Source of the DNA: Longivirga aurantiaca
GTDB taxonomy: Bacteria > Actinomycetota > Actinomycetes > S36-B12 > CAIYMF01
Length of the DNA: 32,000 bases
Direction: 5' to 3'
Assembly: GCF_042660085.1 (NCBI RefSeq)
Contig: NZ_JBHSTI010000051.1
Span: 1-32,000, forward strand
Below are positions 18,101-26,677 of this stretch, piece after piece. Position numbers and translations under genes: made by a program. The stretch's first letter is position 1; each line of letters opens with the position of its first letter. The notes below the pieces were generated by a model. That model searched no databases and was not told the origin of the DNA. It was given only the letters and a program-made list of their open reading frames with translations.

Positions 18101-18833
18101 CCCAGATCTGCGGCGACGCGATCGGCAGGTCGCAGTACCAGTCGTAGAACGACAGCATCGTGCCGCCGATGAGCGAGGTGTAGCGGGCTCCGGCTGCGTG
18201 CGAGGCCATCGACATCGCGGGGATCGGCGAGAACCCGGCGACGCGGTCGGGACCCCAGCGGTCGATCGTGTGCACCTGGGCGGCGGCCACCATCTCGAGC
18301 GCCTCGTCCCAGGAGGCGCGGACGAGACCGCCCTTGCCGCGGGCGGACATGTAGGTGCGGCGCTTGGCGTCGTCGTCGACGATGCTCGCCCACGCCGCGA
18401 CGGGGTCGCCCCCGTGGGCGACCTTGGCTGCGCGGTACATCTCGAGGAGCACACCGCGGATGTACGGGTAGCGCACGCGCGTCGGCGAGTAGGTGTACCA
18501 GGAGAAGGCGGCACCACGGGGGCAGCCGCGGGGCTCGTACTCGGGGGAGTCGGCGCCGACGGACGGGTAGTCGGTCTGCTGCGTCTCCCACGTGATGATG
18601 CCGTCCTTGACGTACACCTTCCACGAGCACGAGCCCGTGCAGTTCACGCCATGGGTGGAGCGCACGACGCGGTCGTGCGACCAGCGGTCGCGGTAGAAGA
18701 CGTCGCCCTCGCGACCGCCGACGTAGTGCACCGCGCGGTGGTCGGGAGAGGTCTCGCTGCGGGTCAGGAACGAGCGGGCGCTGATGAGGGCGTCGACGAA
18801 GGGGTCGTCGATGCGCGTCGGGGTCTCGGTCAC
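15138..18833 (-). CDS. narG: Respiratory nitrate reductase alpha subunit
   Basis: THGVNCTGSCSWKVYVKDGIITWETQQTDYP, PRGCPRGAAFSWYTYSPTRVRYPYIRG; GTG start near 18833. Confidence 0.97.
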   Translation of the reverse strand: MTETPTRIDDPFVDALISARSFLTRSETSPDHRAVHYVGGREGDVFYRDRWSHDRVVRSTHGVNCTGSCSWKVYVKDGIITWETQQTDYPSVGADSPEYEPRGCPRGAAFSWYTYSPTRVRYPYIRGVLLEMYRAAKVAHGGDPVAAWASIVDDDAKRRTYMSARGKGGLVRASWDEALEMVAAAQVHTIDRWGPDRVAGFSPIPAMSMASHAAGARYTSLIGGTMLSFYDWYCDLPIASPQIWGDQTDVPESADWWNASYLIMWGSNIPTTRTPDAHFMTEARYKGQKVVTVSPDYADNTKFADEWLPAHPGTDGALAMAMGHVILREFYVQRQVPMFVDYSKRYTDLPFLVSLRAHGESFVPDRFVNAADLGQDVEAAEWKPVLIDAATGETVVPDGSIGFRHNESGMGHWNLDLGDVDPLLTMHADGAETVTVDLPRFDAGENGTERGSVIRRGVPVRRMGDRLVTTVYDLLLAQYGVARDGLPGTWGAGYDDADAPYTPAWQEEITSVPAATVERIAREFAQNAEDSGGRSMITLGAGTNHWYHSDTIYRAIISLVLLTGCQGKNGGGWAHYVGQEKARPFTGWAQLAFGADWSRPPRQMAGTSFWYLHTDQWRYDAFGADEVATPLGTGRFTGQAMADTLAQAVRMGWTPSYPTFDRNPITLAADAEAAGMSAPDYVVQELKADRLKFSVEDPDAPENFPRVLTVWRANLLGSSGKGNEYFLHHLLGADGAIDGGQTPEGKRPKTVAWRDEAPTGKLDLLVSLDFRMTSTGLFSDVLLPAATWYEKYDISSTDMHPFIHAFNAAISPPWQCRSDHDVFQKMAAVFTELAGPRLGVVKDVVALPQQHDTPSEISQPGGRVLDWRAGECEPVPGRTMPNLVVVERDYSAIAAKMGALGPNVESIGTVVKGITLRQPKSVEHLKKVNGTVVGGVADGRPRIETAEQVCEAILTLSGVSNGAVAVAGFEFLEKRTGQVLADLARDNEGKHITFADTQSRPQPVITSWEWSGSEHGGRRYSPFTINVERKKPWHTLTGRQHFFLDHDWMAEVGECFPTYRPPLNLAAIAGYPTIGDHDEQQVVVRYLTPHSKWSIHSEYQDNLFMLALSRGGPDIWMSREDAEKIGVRDNDWIEAHNRNGIVVARAVVSHRMPEGTVYMYHAKDRTVGVPRVEKTGKRGGIHNSLTRLLLKPTHLIGGYAQLSYGFNYYGPTGNQRDEVTTIRRRSQEVQY

Positions 18834-18834
18834 G

Positions 18835-19557
18835 TCACTGCTCCCAGGGCGTCGGGCTGTCGCCCGCGGTCTGCGGGGCCGGGGCCGGGCGCAGGTCGGG
18901 GCGGTTGAGGTGGGCGACGCAGAGGTCGTCCTTGATGAAGATGTCGAGGCGGCGCACGGTGACGCCCGACCCGAGCTCGTCGAAGAAGCCGTGCAGCATC
19001 TCGTGGTGCAGGCGGCAGATGGCGCGGTCCTGGCGGGCGAGGTCGGCGAAGGGGCAGGTCGAGAGGTAGAGGCGGTCGCCGAGCGGATCGGTCGTGGTCT
19101 CGAAGCCGAGCACCTCGAGGCCGTCGACGGCCATCTCGATGCTGGCCTCGGGGGTGATCGCCTCGGCGCCCGGCGCGACCTTCTCGCGCTGCGCCTTGGC
19201 CAGCCGGTGGCCGGCGGCCTCCCCCGGGGAGTGCGCGGTGTCGCCGGCGGCGGCCGCGAGCTCGGCGGCCAGCGCGCGGTAGGGGTCGGCCGGCTCGGCC
19301 GCCTCGGTGGCGCGATAGAGCAGCTTGGGCCGGCCGGGCCGGGTGCGGTTCTCCGGCACGACCTCGACCCGGCCCATCTCGACCAGCAGCGCAAGGTGCG
19401 AGCGGACGGTATTGGCGTGCTGCCCGGTGCCGGCGGTGATCTCGGCGACCGTCAGCGCCTGGCCCTTCTGGGCGAGCAGGTCCAGCACCCGGCGGCCGGT
19501 GGCCTCGGTCTCCCCCGCGCTCGGCTCGGGCCTCGCGAACCGGTCCTGCAGCGACAC
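18835..19557 (-). CDS. SufR-like wHTH regulator with C-terminal cysteine motif
   Basis: GQHANTVRSHLALLVEMGRVEVVPENRTRPGRPKLLYRAT; C-terminal YLSTCPFADLARQDRAICRLHHEMLHGFF...DDLCVAHL gives three spaced Cys; 1 bp upstream of narG. Confidence 0.85.
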   Translation of the reverse strand: MSLQDRFARPEPSAGETEATGRRVLDLLAQKGQALTVAEITAGTGQHANTVRSHLALLVEMGRVEVVPENRTRPGRPKLLYRATEAAEPADPYRALAAELAAAAGDTAHSPGEAAGHRLAKAQREKVAPGAEAITPEASIEMAVDGLEVLGFETTTDPLGDRLYLSTCPFADLARQDRAICRLHHEMLHGFFDELGSGVTVRRLDIFIKDDLCVAHLNRPDLRPAPAPQTAGDSPTPWEQ

Positions 19558-19753
19558 GACCCCTCCTCAAGAGGTTTTTTCCACCACGTCGTGATTTATC
19601 CCTGAGCCCGACCGTACGCCGTCCACTGACCTGGGCCAACAGGCACAGCATGTGGGCCATATCACTAGTAAAAAACAATTCTGAGGGTGGACATCCCGCC
19701 GGGTCCGAGGTCTAGCGTGACTCGTGATTGGTAAATAACACTTCGGAGGGGAC

Positions 19754-21148
19754 ATGAGCATCACCGCGGCGGAGAGCTCGCCCGAGGTCCGTCAGCCGAG
19801 CGGCACGGCGATCAGCGAGGACGTGTCCCCGGGGCGCTACCGGGTCCTGACCACCTCGACCCTCGCCTTCACGCTGATGTTCGCGGTGTGGCTGCAGTTC
19901 GGGATCCTCGGCCTGTCGATCCAGAAGGAGTTCGGCCTCTCCGACACCGCCTTCTACTGGCTCACGGCGCTGCCGGTGCTCAACGGCGCGATCTGGCGGC
20001 TGTGGACCGGGATCCTGGCCGACCGCTGGGGCGGGCGCATCGTGATGACCGGCCTGCTCCTCGCCGCCGCCGTACCCACCTTCCTGCTCTCGGGCGTCCA
20101 GAGCGCACCGATGCTGTTCGTGCTCGCGTTCCTGATCGGCTTCGCCGGCAACTCGTTCAGCTCGGGCATCGCCTGGAACAGCGCGTGGTTCCCGCGCAGC
20201 CAGCAGGGCTTCGCCCTCGGGGTCTTCGGCGCCGGCAACGTCGGGGCCTCGGTCACCAAGCTCATCGGCCCGGCGATCATCGCCGGCACGGCCGGCTCGC
20301 TCTACCTCGGCGGTCGCGTCGAGGGCGGGTGGCGGCTCATCCCGGTGATCTACGCCGTCGCCCTCGTGATCATGGCCGCAGTGCTGTGGTTCGTGGCTCC
20401 GAGGCCGGACCACCGGCCCGGGGCGACCACCCCGATGCGCGAGCACCTGCAGCCGCTCAAGCGGATCCGGGTGTGGCGCTTCAGCCTCTACTACGTCGCT
20501 GTGTTCGGCGCGTACGTCGCGTTGTCGTCCGCCCTGCCGAAGTACTACGAGACCAACTACGGCGTGCCGCTGTGGCAGGCGGGGCTGCTCACCGCGCTGT
20601 TCATCTTCCCGGCGTCGCTGCTCCGGCCCGTGGGCGGCTGGCTCTCCGACAAGGTCGGCGCGCGCCGGATCATGTACTGGACGTTCGGCCTGATGCTGGT
20701 CTCGACAGGCGTCCTGATGATGCCGAGCGGCTACATCACCGTCGAGGTCTCGACGAGCGTGTCGCCCGACGGTACGGCCGAGATCCTCCCGTGGAGCCTC
20801 GGAATCGTGCCCTTCACCGCGTTCGTCGTGCTGCTCGGCTGCTCGATGGGCATCGGGAAGGCCGCCGTCTACAAGCACATCCCGGAGTACTTCCCGCACG
20901 AGGTCGGCTCGGTCGGCGGCGTGGTCGGGATGCTCGGCGCCCTCGGCGGCTTCGTCCTGCTCCCGATGTTCGGGTACGCCGTGCAGATCACGGGCCTTCC
21001 GACCGCGCTCTTCGGCGTGCTCTTCCTGCTGACGCTCGCCTGCGCCGTGTGGATGCACCTCACGGTCGTCCAGATGCTCCACGACAGCTCGCCCGAGCTG
21101 TCCGACCAGTTCGAGACCCCGGTGCAGATGCCGGAGTACACCCCGTGA
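19754..21148 (+). CDS. narK: NarK-type nitrate/nitrite MFS transporter (first)
   Basis: 12-TM MFS profile; GFAGNSFSSGIAWNSAWFPRSQQGFALGVFGAGNVGASVTK nitrate signature; GIGKAAVYKHIPEYFP. Confidence 0.92.
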   Translation: MSITAAESSPEVRQPSGTAISEDVSPGRYRVLTTSTLAFTLMFAVWLQFGILGLSIQKEFGLSDTAFYWLTALPVLNGAIWRLWTGILADRWGGRIVMTGLLLAAAVPTFLLSGVQSAPMLFVLAFLIGFAGNSFSSGIAWNSAWFPRSQQGFALGVFGAGNVGASVTKLIGPAIIAGTAGSLYLGGRVEGGWRLIPVIYAVALVIMAAVLWFVAPRPDHRPGATTPMREHLQPLKRIRVWRFSLYYVAVFGAYVALSSALPKYYETNYGVPLWQAGLLTALFIFPASLLRPVGGWLSDKVGARRIMYWTFGLMLVSTGVLMMPSGYITVEVSTSVSPDGTAEILPWSLGIVPFTAFVVLLGCSMGIGKAAVYKHIPEYFPHEVGSVGGVVGMLGALGGFVLLPMFGYAVQITGLPTALFGVLFLLTLACAVWMHLTVVQMLHDSSPELSDQFETPVQMPEYTP

Positions 21149-21176
21149 CCCGGCCCATCTCCCTGAGGAGCACGAC

Positions 21177-22586
21177 ATGAGCAGCGCGACCGACGAACGC
21201 CGCACCGGCGGCGAGTGGCTGGCGGACTGGGACCCGGAGGACGCCCAGCACTGGGACAAGGCCCTGGCGTGGCGGACCCTCTCGATCACGACGGTCGGGC
21301 TCATGCTCGCCTTCTGCACCTGGTTCCTCGCGAGCGCGCTGGCGCCGGTGCTCGGCAACCTCGGCTTCACGATCACCAAGGACCAGCTCTACTGGCTCAC
21401 CGCCATGCCGGGTCTCGCCGGCGGCACGCTGCGCCTCATCTGGATGTGGCTGCCGCCGATCATGGGCACGCGCAAGCTCGTGTCGCTCACCACGCTCCTG
21501 CTCGTGATCCCGCTCATCGGCTGGGCCGTCGCCGTGCAGAACCCCAGCACGAGCTACAGCACGTTCATGATCCTGGCGTTCCTGTCCGGCATCGGCGGCG
21601 GCGCGTTCTCCGGCTTCATGCCGAGCACGTCGTACTTCTTCCCGCGGCGGCTGCAGGGCACGGCGCTCGGGCTCCAGGCGGGGCTCGGCAACTTCGGCGT
21701 CTCGGTCGTGCAGTTCGTGACGCCGTGGATCGTCGGCTTCAGCCTGCTCGGAGTGCTCGGTGCCGCGCAGACGTTCCACAACCCGGCGACCAACGTCAAC
21801 AAGGACGTCTGGTACCAGAACGCGGCGTACATCTACGTGCCGTTCGTCGTGATCGTCGCGATCCTCGCCTGGACGATGCTCAAGAGCGTGCCGGTGCGCG
21901 CCAACTTCCGCCAGCAGCTGGACATCTTCAAGAACGTCGACACCTGGTGGATGACCGCCCTCTACGTGATGACGTTCGGCACCTTCGCCGGCCTCTCGGC
22001 GCAGTTCGGCCTGCTCATCAAGAACCTGTACGGCGCAGGCAATCCCGACATCGTCGCGACCGCGGCCGACGGCTCGACCACGGTGCTGGTCGCCGGGTAC
22101 GCCGTACCTCTCGCCCTGACGTATGCGTTCATCGGCCCCCTCGTCGGTGCCGGTGCCCGCGTGCTGTTCAGCCCGCTCACCGACCGGTGGGGCGGCGCGC
22201 GCTGGACGCTCGTCTCGGGCATCGGCATCGCGGCCTCGATCGTCTACACGATGCAGTATGTGCAGCCCGATGTGGCTGCGGGTGCTGAGGCGTTGACGGC
22301 CCAGTTCCACAGCTTCCTGTTCGGCTTCATCGCGATCTTCTTCTTCACGGGAATCGGCAACGCCTCGACGTTCAAGCAGATGCCGATGATCTTCGAACGC
22401 CGTCAGGCTGGAGGCGTCATCGGATGGACATCGGCCATCGCGGCATACGGGCCCTTCCTGTTCGGTGTGGGCCTCGCGACGCTGTCGGTGTCGGGCTTCC
22501 TCACCGTGCTGCTCGTCTTCGTCCTCGCCTGCGTCGCGCTGACGTGGGTGCGTTACGCGCGCCCCGGCGCGCCGAAGCCCTCCTGA
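21177..22586 (+). CDS. NarK-type nitrate/nitrite MFS transporter (second, diverged type)
   Basis: FLSGIGGGAFSGFMPSTSYFFPRRLQGTALGLQAGLGNFGVSVVQFVTPWIVG; N-terminus DWDPEDAQHWDK. Confidence 0.92.
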   Translation: MSSATDERRTGGEWLADWDPEDAQHWDKALAWRTLSITTVGLMLAFCTWFLASALAPVLGNLGFTITKDQLYWLTAMPGLAGGTLRLIWMWLPPIMGTRKLVSLTTLLLVIPLIGWAVAVQNPSTSYSTFMILAFLSGIGGGAFSGFMPSTSYFFPRRLQGTALGLQAGLGNFGVSVVQFVTPWIVGFSLLGVLGAAQTFHNPATNVNKDVWYQNAAYIYVPFVVIVAILAWTMLKSVPVRANFRQQLDIFKNVDTWWMTALYVMTFGTFAGLSAQFGLLIKNLYGAGNPDIVATAADGSTTVLVAGYAVPLALTYAFIGPLVGAGARVLFSPLTDRWGGARWTLVSGIGIAASIVYTMQYVQPDVAAGAEALTAQFHSFLFGFIAIFFFTGIGNASTFKQMPMIFERRQAGGVIGWTSAIAAYGPFLFGVGLATLSVSGFLTVLLVFVLACVALTWVRYARPGAPKPS

Positions 22587-22588
22587 CC

Positions 22589-22633
22589 GGGTGGGGGGAG
22601 CGGCAACCCCCTCACGGACCGCTCCCCCCACCC
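22589..22633 (+). terminator. Intrinsic terminator-like hairpin
   Basis: GGGTGGGGGGAGCGG ... CCGCTCCCCCCACCC, perfect 15 bp stem immediately after the second narK-type gene. Confidence 0.8.
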
Positions 22634-22680
22634 TTCGATCCCGACGACCCACGTGAGACCCCGACGACCGGAGGATGACG

Positions 22681-22995
22681 ATGACCGAGGACCTGCCCGA
22701 TCCGACGACCTCGCCGACGGCCTCGAGCGGCTGCGGCTGCGGCACCTGCGGGTGCGGCGCGGCGAGCGAAGCGCCTGTGCTCGACGTGCGGACGATCCCG
22801 CGCGAGGTGCGGCATGCGGCAGTGATCGGTGCCGTCGGAGCCGTCCCCGTCGACGGCTCGATCGTCCTGCTGGCTCCGCACGACCCGCTGCCGTTGCTGC
22901 GCGAGCTCGACACCCTCTGGCCTGGGGTGCTGACGGTCGCATACGACGAGTCCGGACCGGAGACATGGGCGGTCCGCCTGCTTCGGACACGCTGA
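22681..22995 (+). CDS. DUF2249-like protein with Cys-rich N-terminus (paralogue of 11834-12151)
   Basis: GCGCGTCGCGAASEAPVLDVRTIPREVRHAAVIGAVGAVPVDGSIVLLAPHDPLPLLREL...DESGPETWAVRLLR; ATG at 22681 has a well-spaced GGAGG. Confidence 0.75.
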   Translation: MTEDLPDPTTSPTASSGCGCGTCGCGAASEAPVLDVRTIPREVRHAAVIGAVGAVPVDGSIVLLAPHDPLPLLRELDTLWPGVLTVAYDESGPETWAVRLLRTR

Positions 22996-23002
22996 CACGA
23001 CG

Positions 23003-24184
23003 ATGACCACCCTCGACACCCGTTCGACGACCCTCGTAGGTGCGGACTGGGCATCGGCGCGCACGGTCGCCCACGGCTGCCTTCCGCCCTTGGCCGCCGA
23101 GCACGTCTCGGTCGGACACGCCCACCGGCGCGTGCTCGCCTCGGATCTCGTCGCTGCGACGGCGCTTCCGGCGTTCACGTCATCCGCCATGGACGGCTGG
23201 GCGGTGAGCGGTCCAGGTCCGTGGACGGTGACCGGAACCCTCCTCGCTGGAGGTTCCGCAGGGCCGCTGGCACCGGGAGAGGCGGTGGTGATCGCCACGG
23301 GCGCCCAGGCCCCGGGAGGTGCCACCGCAGTGCTGAGGTCCGAGGACGGCGTGGTGGTCGACGGCCGGCTCGAGGGACACGTGCGCGACGGCGACCACCT
23401 TCGGCTGGCCGGTGAGGAGGCTCATCGGGGCGAGCTGATGGCACCCGCCGGCGTCGTCCTCACCGCCGGTCATCTCGGGCTCGCAGCGGCTGCCGGCTAC
23501 GACGTGGTCCCGGTGGTACGCCGGCCGACGGTGGCCGTGCTGGTGCTCGGCGACGAGCTGCTCGACCACGGGGTGTCTGCGCGCGGCCGCGTGCGCGACT
23601 CTCTCGGGCCGCAGCTGCCGGCCTGGCTCGACCTGCTCGGCTGTTCCATACGGTCGGTGGCGCGCGTGCCGGATTCGCTGGCCGCCCTCGTCGAGGCGCT
23701 GATCTCGGTGGGCGACGTCGACCTGGTGGTGACCACCGGCGGCACCGCCGCCGGCCCGGTCGACCTCCTGCACCGGGCGATCGAGGCCCTTGCCGGGAGG
23801 CTGGTGGTCGACTCCGTCGCGGTGCGGCCGGGTCACCCCATGCTGCTCGCACGCCTCGCGCACCGCGTCGCGCTGCTCGGCCTCCCGGGCAACCCGCAGG
23901 CAGCGGTCGCCGCGCTGCTGACGCTCGGCGCGCCCCTCGTCGACGCGCTGCTCGGCCGCCCGCTCGCGGTGCTCGACCAGGTCCGGTCACGTGAGGCGCT
24001 GGCTGCGCCCGGCCGGGCGACGCGGCTCGTGCTCGCGCGGCGTGGCGATGCCGGCGCGATCGCCGTCGCGCACCAGGGGTCGGCCATGCTCCGCGGCCTC
24101 GCGGAGGCGGACGGCTACCTGGTCGTCCCAACCGGTGGGTGTGCTGCCGACGACAGGCTTGCCTGGCTGCCCCTCCCACGATGA
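23003..24184 (+). CDS. moeA: Molybdopterin molybdenumtransferase
   Basis: PAFTSSAMDGWAV, IATGAQAPGGATAVLRSED, TTGGTAAGPVD, RPGHPMLLARL...LLGLPGNPQAAVA. Confidence 0.92.
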   Translation: MTTLDTRSTTLVGADWASARTVAHGCLPPLAAEHVSVGHAHRRVLASDLVAATALPAFTSSAMDGWAVSGPGPWTVTGTLLAGGSAGPLAPGEAVVIATGAQAPGGATAVLRSEDGVVVDGRLEGHVRDGDHLRLAGEEAHRGELMAPAGVVLTAGHLGLAAAAGYDVVPVVRRPTVAVLVLGDELLDHGVSARGRVRDSLGPQLPAWLDLLGCSIRSVARVPDSLAALVEALISVGDVDLVVTTGGTAAGPVDLLHRAIEALAGRLVVDSVAVRPGHPMLLARLAHRVALLGLPGNPQAAVAALLTLGAPLVDALLGRPLAVLDQVRSREALAAPGRATRLVLARRGDAGAIAVAHQGSAMLRGLAEADGYLVVPTGGCAADDRLAWLPLPR

Positions 24185-24232
24185 GGCCCGGATCGGGCGC
24201 ACGGTGGAGGGGCGTGCCGGATACTCCGCAGG

Positions 24233-26611
24233 GTGCTGAGGTTCCGCGACTGCGCCGTCGATGTCGCCGGCCGCGTGCTGCTGCGCGGCGGCGTGCCTCA
24301 GCACCTCGAGCCCCAGGCCTTCGACGTCCTCGCACTGCTCGTCGATCAGCGACACCGGGTTGTGCCCAAGGAGGAGATCCTCGACGCCGTGTGGGGCGGG
24401 CGCTTCATCAGCGACTCCGCGCTCTCCACGCGCATCAAGGAGATCCGGCGGGCGACGGGGGACGACGGCGACGCGCAGGCGGTGGTCAGGACCGTGCGCG
24501 GCCGCGGCTACCAGTTCGTCGCCGAGGTCGGCTCGCGCGTCGCTTCCCCGGCCGCGCCGACGCTGGTCGGTCGCGACCGGGACGTCGAGGAGCTCCTCGA
24601 TCGCCTGGCGCCTGGCTCGCTCGTGACCCTGGTCGGCACCGGCGGGGTGGGCAAGTCCACCCTGGCGCGCGAGGTGGTTCGCCGTGCGGCCGAGCGGCGG
24701 GGCGTTGCGTGGTACATCGTCGATCTGACGGTGCTCGACGATTCAGCTCAACTGCTCCCGGCCGTCGCCCGAGGCGCCGGTCTCGTCGACGACGGACCAG
24801 ACCTGCTCGCCAAGACCCTCGCCGGTCGCGACGTGATCGTGCTGCTCGACGACGCTGATCTGCTCGTGGCCGATGTGGCCGCGCTGTGCGATGCCGTGGC
24901 GGCTGCGGCCGGCGTGGCCACGATCGTGGTCACCTGCCGCGAGCGTCTCGGCGTCCGCGCCGAGCGGATCTGGCCCGTGCTGCCGTTGTCGCCCGACGCC
25001 GCTCGAGCACTTCTCGTCGCCCGTGCGCGGGACGCCGCTCCTCTGGCGATGCTCGACGAGCTGCCGGACAGCACCCTCGACGCTCTCGCCGACTCGGTCG
25101 ATCGCCTCCCGCTGGCGCTCGAGATGCTCGCGTCGATGAGCGCCCTCCTCGACGTGCCCGAGCTGCAGGTGGTGGTCGCTTCGAGTGCTTCCGCCGTGAC
25201 CACGGGGCGGCGGGATGCGCCCGAGCGCCACCGCTCGCTGGCCCGACTCGTCGAGGGGTCGCTCGACCGGCTCGCCTCCCGCGACGCCGACGCGCTCGTG
25301 ACGTTGTCGGCGTTCGCGGGCGCGTTCGCCACGTCCGATGCGGTGCGGCTGCTCGCGACGGACGACGCCCTCGAGGTGCTCCGATCTCTGGCCGACCGAT
25401 CGCTTCTCTCGCCGGTGGAGGGTCGAGGAGGCCGGCGCTATCAGGTGCTGCGCACGGTGCGACGCGCCGTCGACGGGCGGACCTCGAGCGCCAGGCGCGC
25501 GGCTGCCGCAGGGCGGCACGCCGTGCTGGTCACGACGCTGCTGGAGGCCGCCGACGCAGACCTCCGTTGCGAACGCGAGGCCCAGGGGGCAGTCGTCTTC
25601 GACCGGCTGGCGGACGAGGCGCGCGCCGCGCACACCTGGGCCCGCGACGTCGACGTCGACCTCGCGGTCCGGCTTACCGCGGCCCTCCACCTGTATGCCT
25701 ACTCGCGCATGTGGGCTGAGCCGTCGACGTGGGCGGACGCACTCGAGCACCGCACCGACCATCCGGCAGTCGTCGTCGCGCTTGCGAGCCAGGCCGCTCA
25801 GGAGAGCCGACTGGCAGAGGCGCGCACCCGCGCGCTCGACGCGCTGGAACGCGGCGACGAGCGGGTGCGGGCGGCGGCCCTCGAGGTGCTGTCGGACGTC
25901 GGCATCTATGAGCACCGGCTCGACGAGGCGGCCACCTGGGCGAGTCGGCTGGTCGAGTCGGCCGCGGCGTCGGGAGCGGTGCGCGATCGCGCGATCGGCC
26001 TTTCCAACCGTGCCCTCGCGGCGACGTACGCGGGGGACGCCGCAGGCGCCGCTGCCGCCACTGCCGCGATCCTCGAGACCCCGGAGGACGGCATGGCACC
26101 GACCGAGCGGGCCTGGCTCGCCTTCGCGCGTGGAGACGCGTATGCCGCGCTCGGCGGCGGGGATGCGATCCCCTGCTATGGCTCGGCCATCGCGATCTCG
26201 GACAGCGTCGGGAGCACCTTCGTCGGCGGGGTGTCCCGCTGCTCCCTCGCGGCAGCGGTGGCCGAGACCGATGGTCCGATGGTGGCTGCGGCGTACTTCC
26301 GCGACGTGCTCGACACATACCGGGAACGCGGCAACATCACCCACCTGACGACGGCCCTCCGGCTCGTCGTGCCCGTCCTCGCCGGCATCGGGGCGGACGA
26401 GACGACGTGCTGCGTCGCGGGCTGGACGCTGGGACCATCTGCGCGTCCGGGGCTCGCCGGCGACATCGCGCGGACCCGCGCGACCCTCGACGTGGTGCGC
26501 GGACGGCAGCCGGAGCCCGACGTCGAGCGGTGGACGACCCGAGGCTCGACGCTGACCGCCGGCGAGGTGGCTCACGCGGCGTCGGTCGCGCTCGCGGCCG
26601 CCGCAAGCTGA
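24233..26611 (+). CDS. Large regulator: OmpR-type wHTH + STAND/NB-ARC-like ATPase + helical repeat-like C-terminus
   Basis: N-terminal FRDCAVDVAGRVLLRGGVPQHLEPQAFDVLALLV...VWGGRFISDSALSTRIKEIRRATGD...VRTVRGRGYQFV; Walker A VGTGGVGKST; Walker B-like VIVLLDDADLL. Confidence 0.88.
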   Translation: MLRFRDCAVDVAGRVLLRGGVPQHLEPQAFDVLALLVDQRHRVVPKEEILDAVWGGRFISDSALSTRIKEIRRATGDDGDAQAVVRTVRGRGYQFVAEVGSRVASPAAPTLVGRDRDVEELLDRLAPGSLVTLVGTGGVGKSTLAREVVRRAAERRGVAWYIVDLTVLDDSAQLLPAVARGAGLVDDGPDLLAKTLAGRDVIVLLDDADLLVADVAALCDAVAAAAGVATIVVTCRERLGVRAERIWPVLPLSPDAARALLVARARDAAPLAMLDELPDSTLDALADSVDRLPLALEMLASMSALLDVPELQVVVASSASAVTTGRRDAPERHRSLARLVEGSLDRLASRDADALVTLSAFAGAFATSDAVRLLATDDALEVLRSLADRSLLSPVEGRGGRRYQVLRTVRRAVDGRTSSARRAAAAGRHAVLVTTLLEAADADLRCEREAQGAVVFDRLADEARAAHTWARDVDVDLAVRLTAALHLYAYSRMWAEPSTWADALEHRTDHPAVVVALASQAAQESRLAEARTRALDALERGDERVRAAALEVLSDVGIYEHRLDEAATWASRLVESAAASGAVRDRAIGLSNRALAATYAGDAAGAAAATAAILETPEDGMAPTERAWLAFARGDAYAALGGGDAIPCYGSAIAISDSVGSTFVGGVSRCSLAAAVAETDGPMVAAAYFRDVLDTYRERGNITHLTTALRLVVPVLAGIGADETTCCVAGWTLGPSARPGLAGDIARTRATLDVVRGRQPEPDVERWTTRGSTLTAGEVAHAASVALAAAAS

Positions 26612-26677
26612 CGTGTCCCCACCTGATCCCCACGCAGCCCTCAAGCGGCGCGGCGGTGCGCGCTGTTGCCTGGGGGC

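Noticed and set aside
15132-18908. 1258 aa plus-strand ORF opposite narG
   Set aside because: Antisense shadow ORF created by high GC and codon bias; composition is Arg/Gly/Val/His-rich with no domain, while the minus strand encodes an unambiguous NarG.
19561-19584. Possible terminator CCTC-AA-GAGG followed by T6
   Set aside because: The stem is only 4 bp and the reverse strand reads GAGGAGGGG just before the regulator's GTG start, so it is better explained as a ribosome binding site region.
21060-23054. 664 aa minus-strand ORF
   Set aside because: Shadow ORF of the second narK-type gene and the DUF2249-like gene; no recognisable domain.
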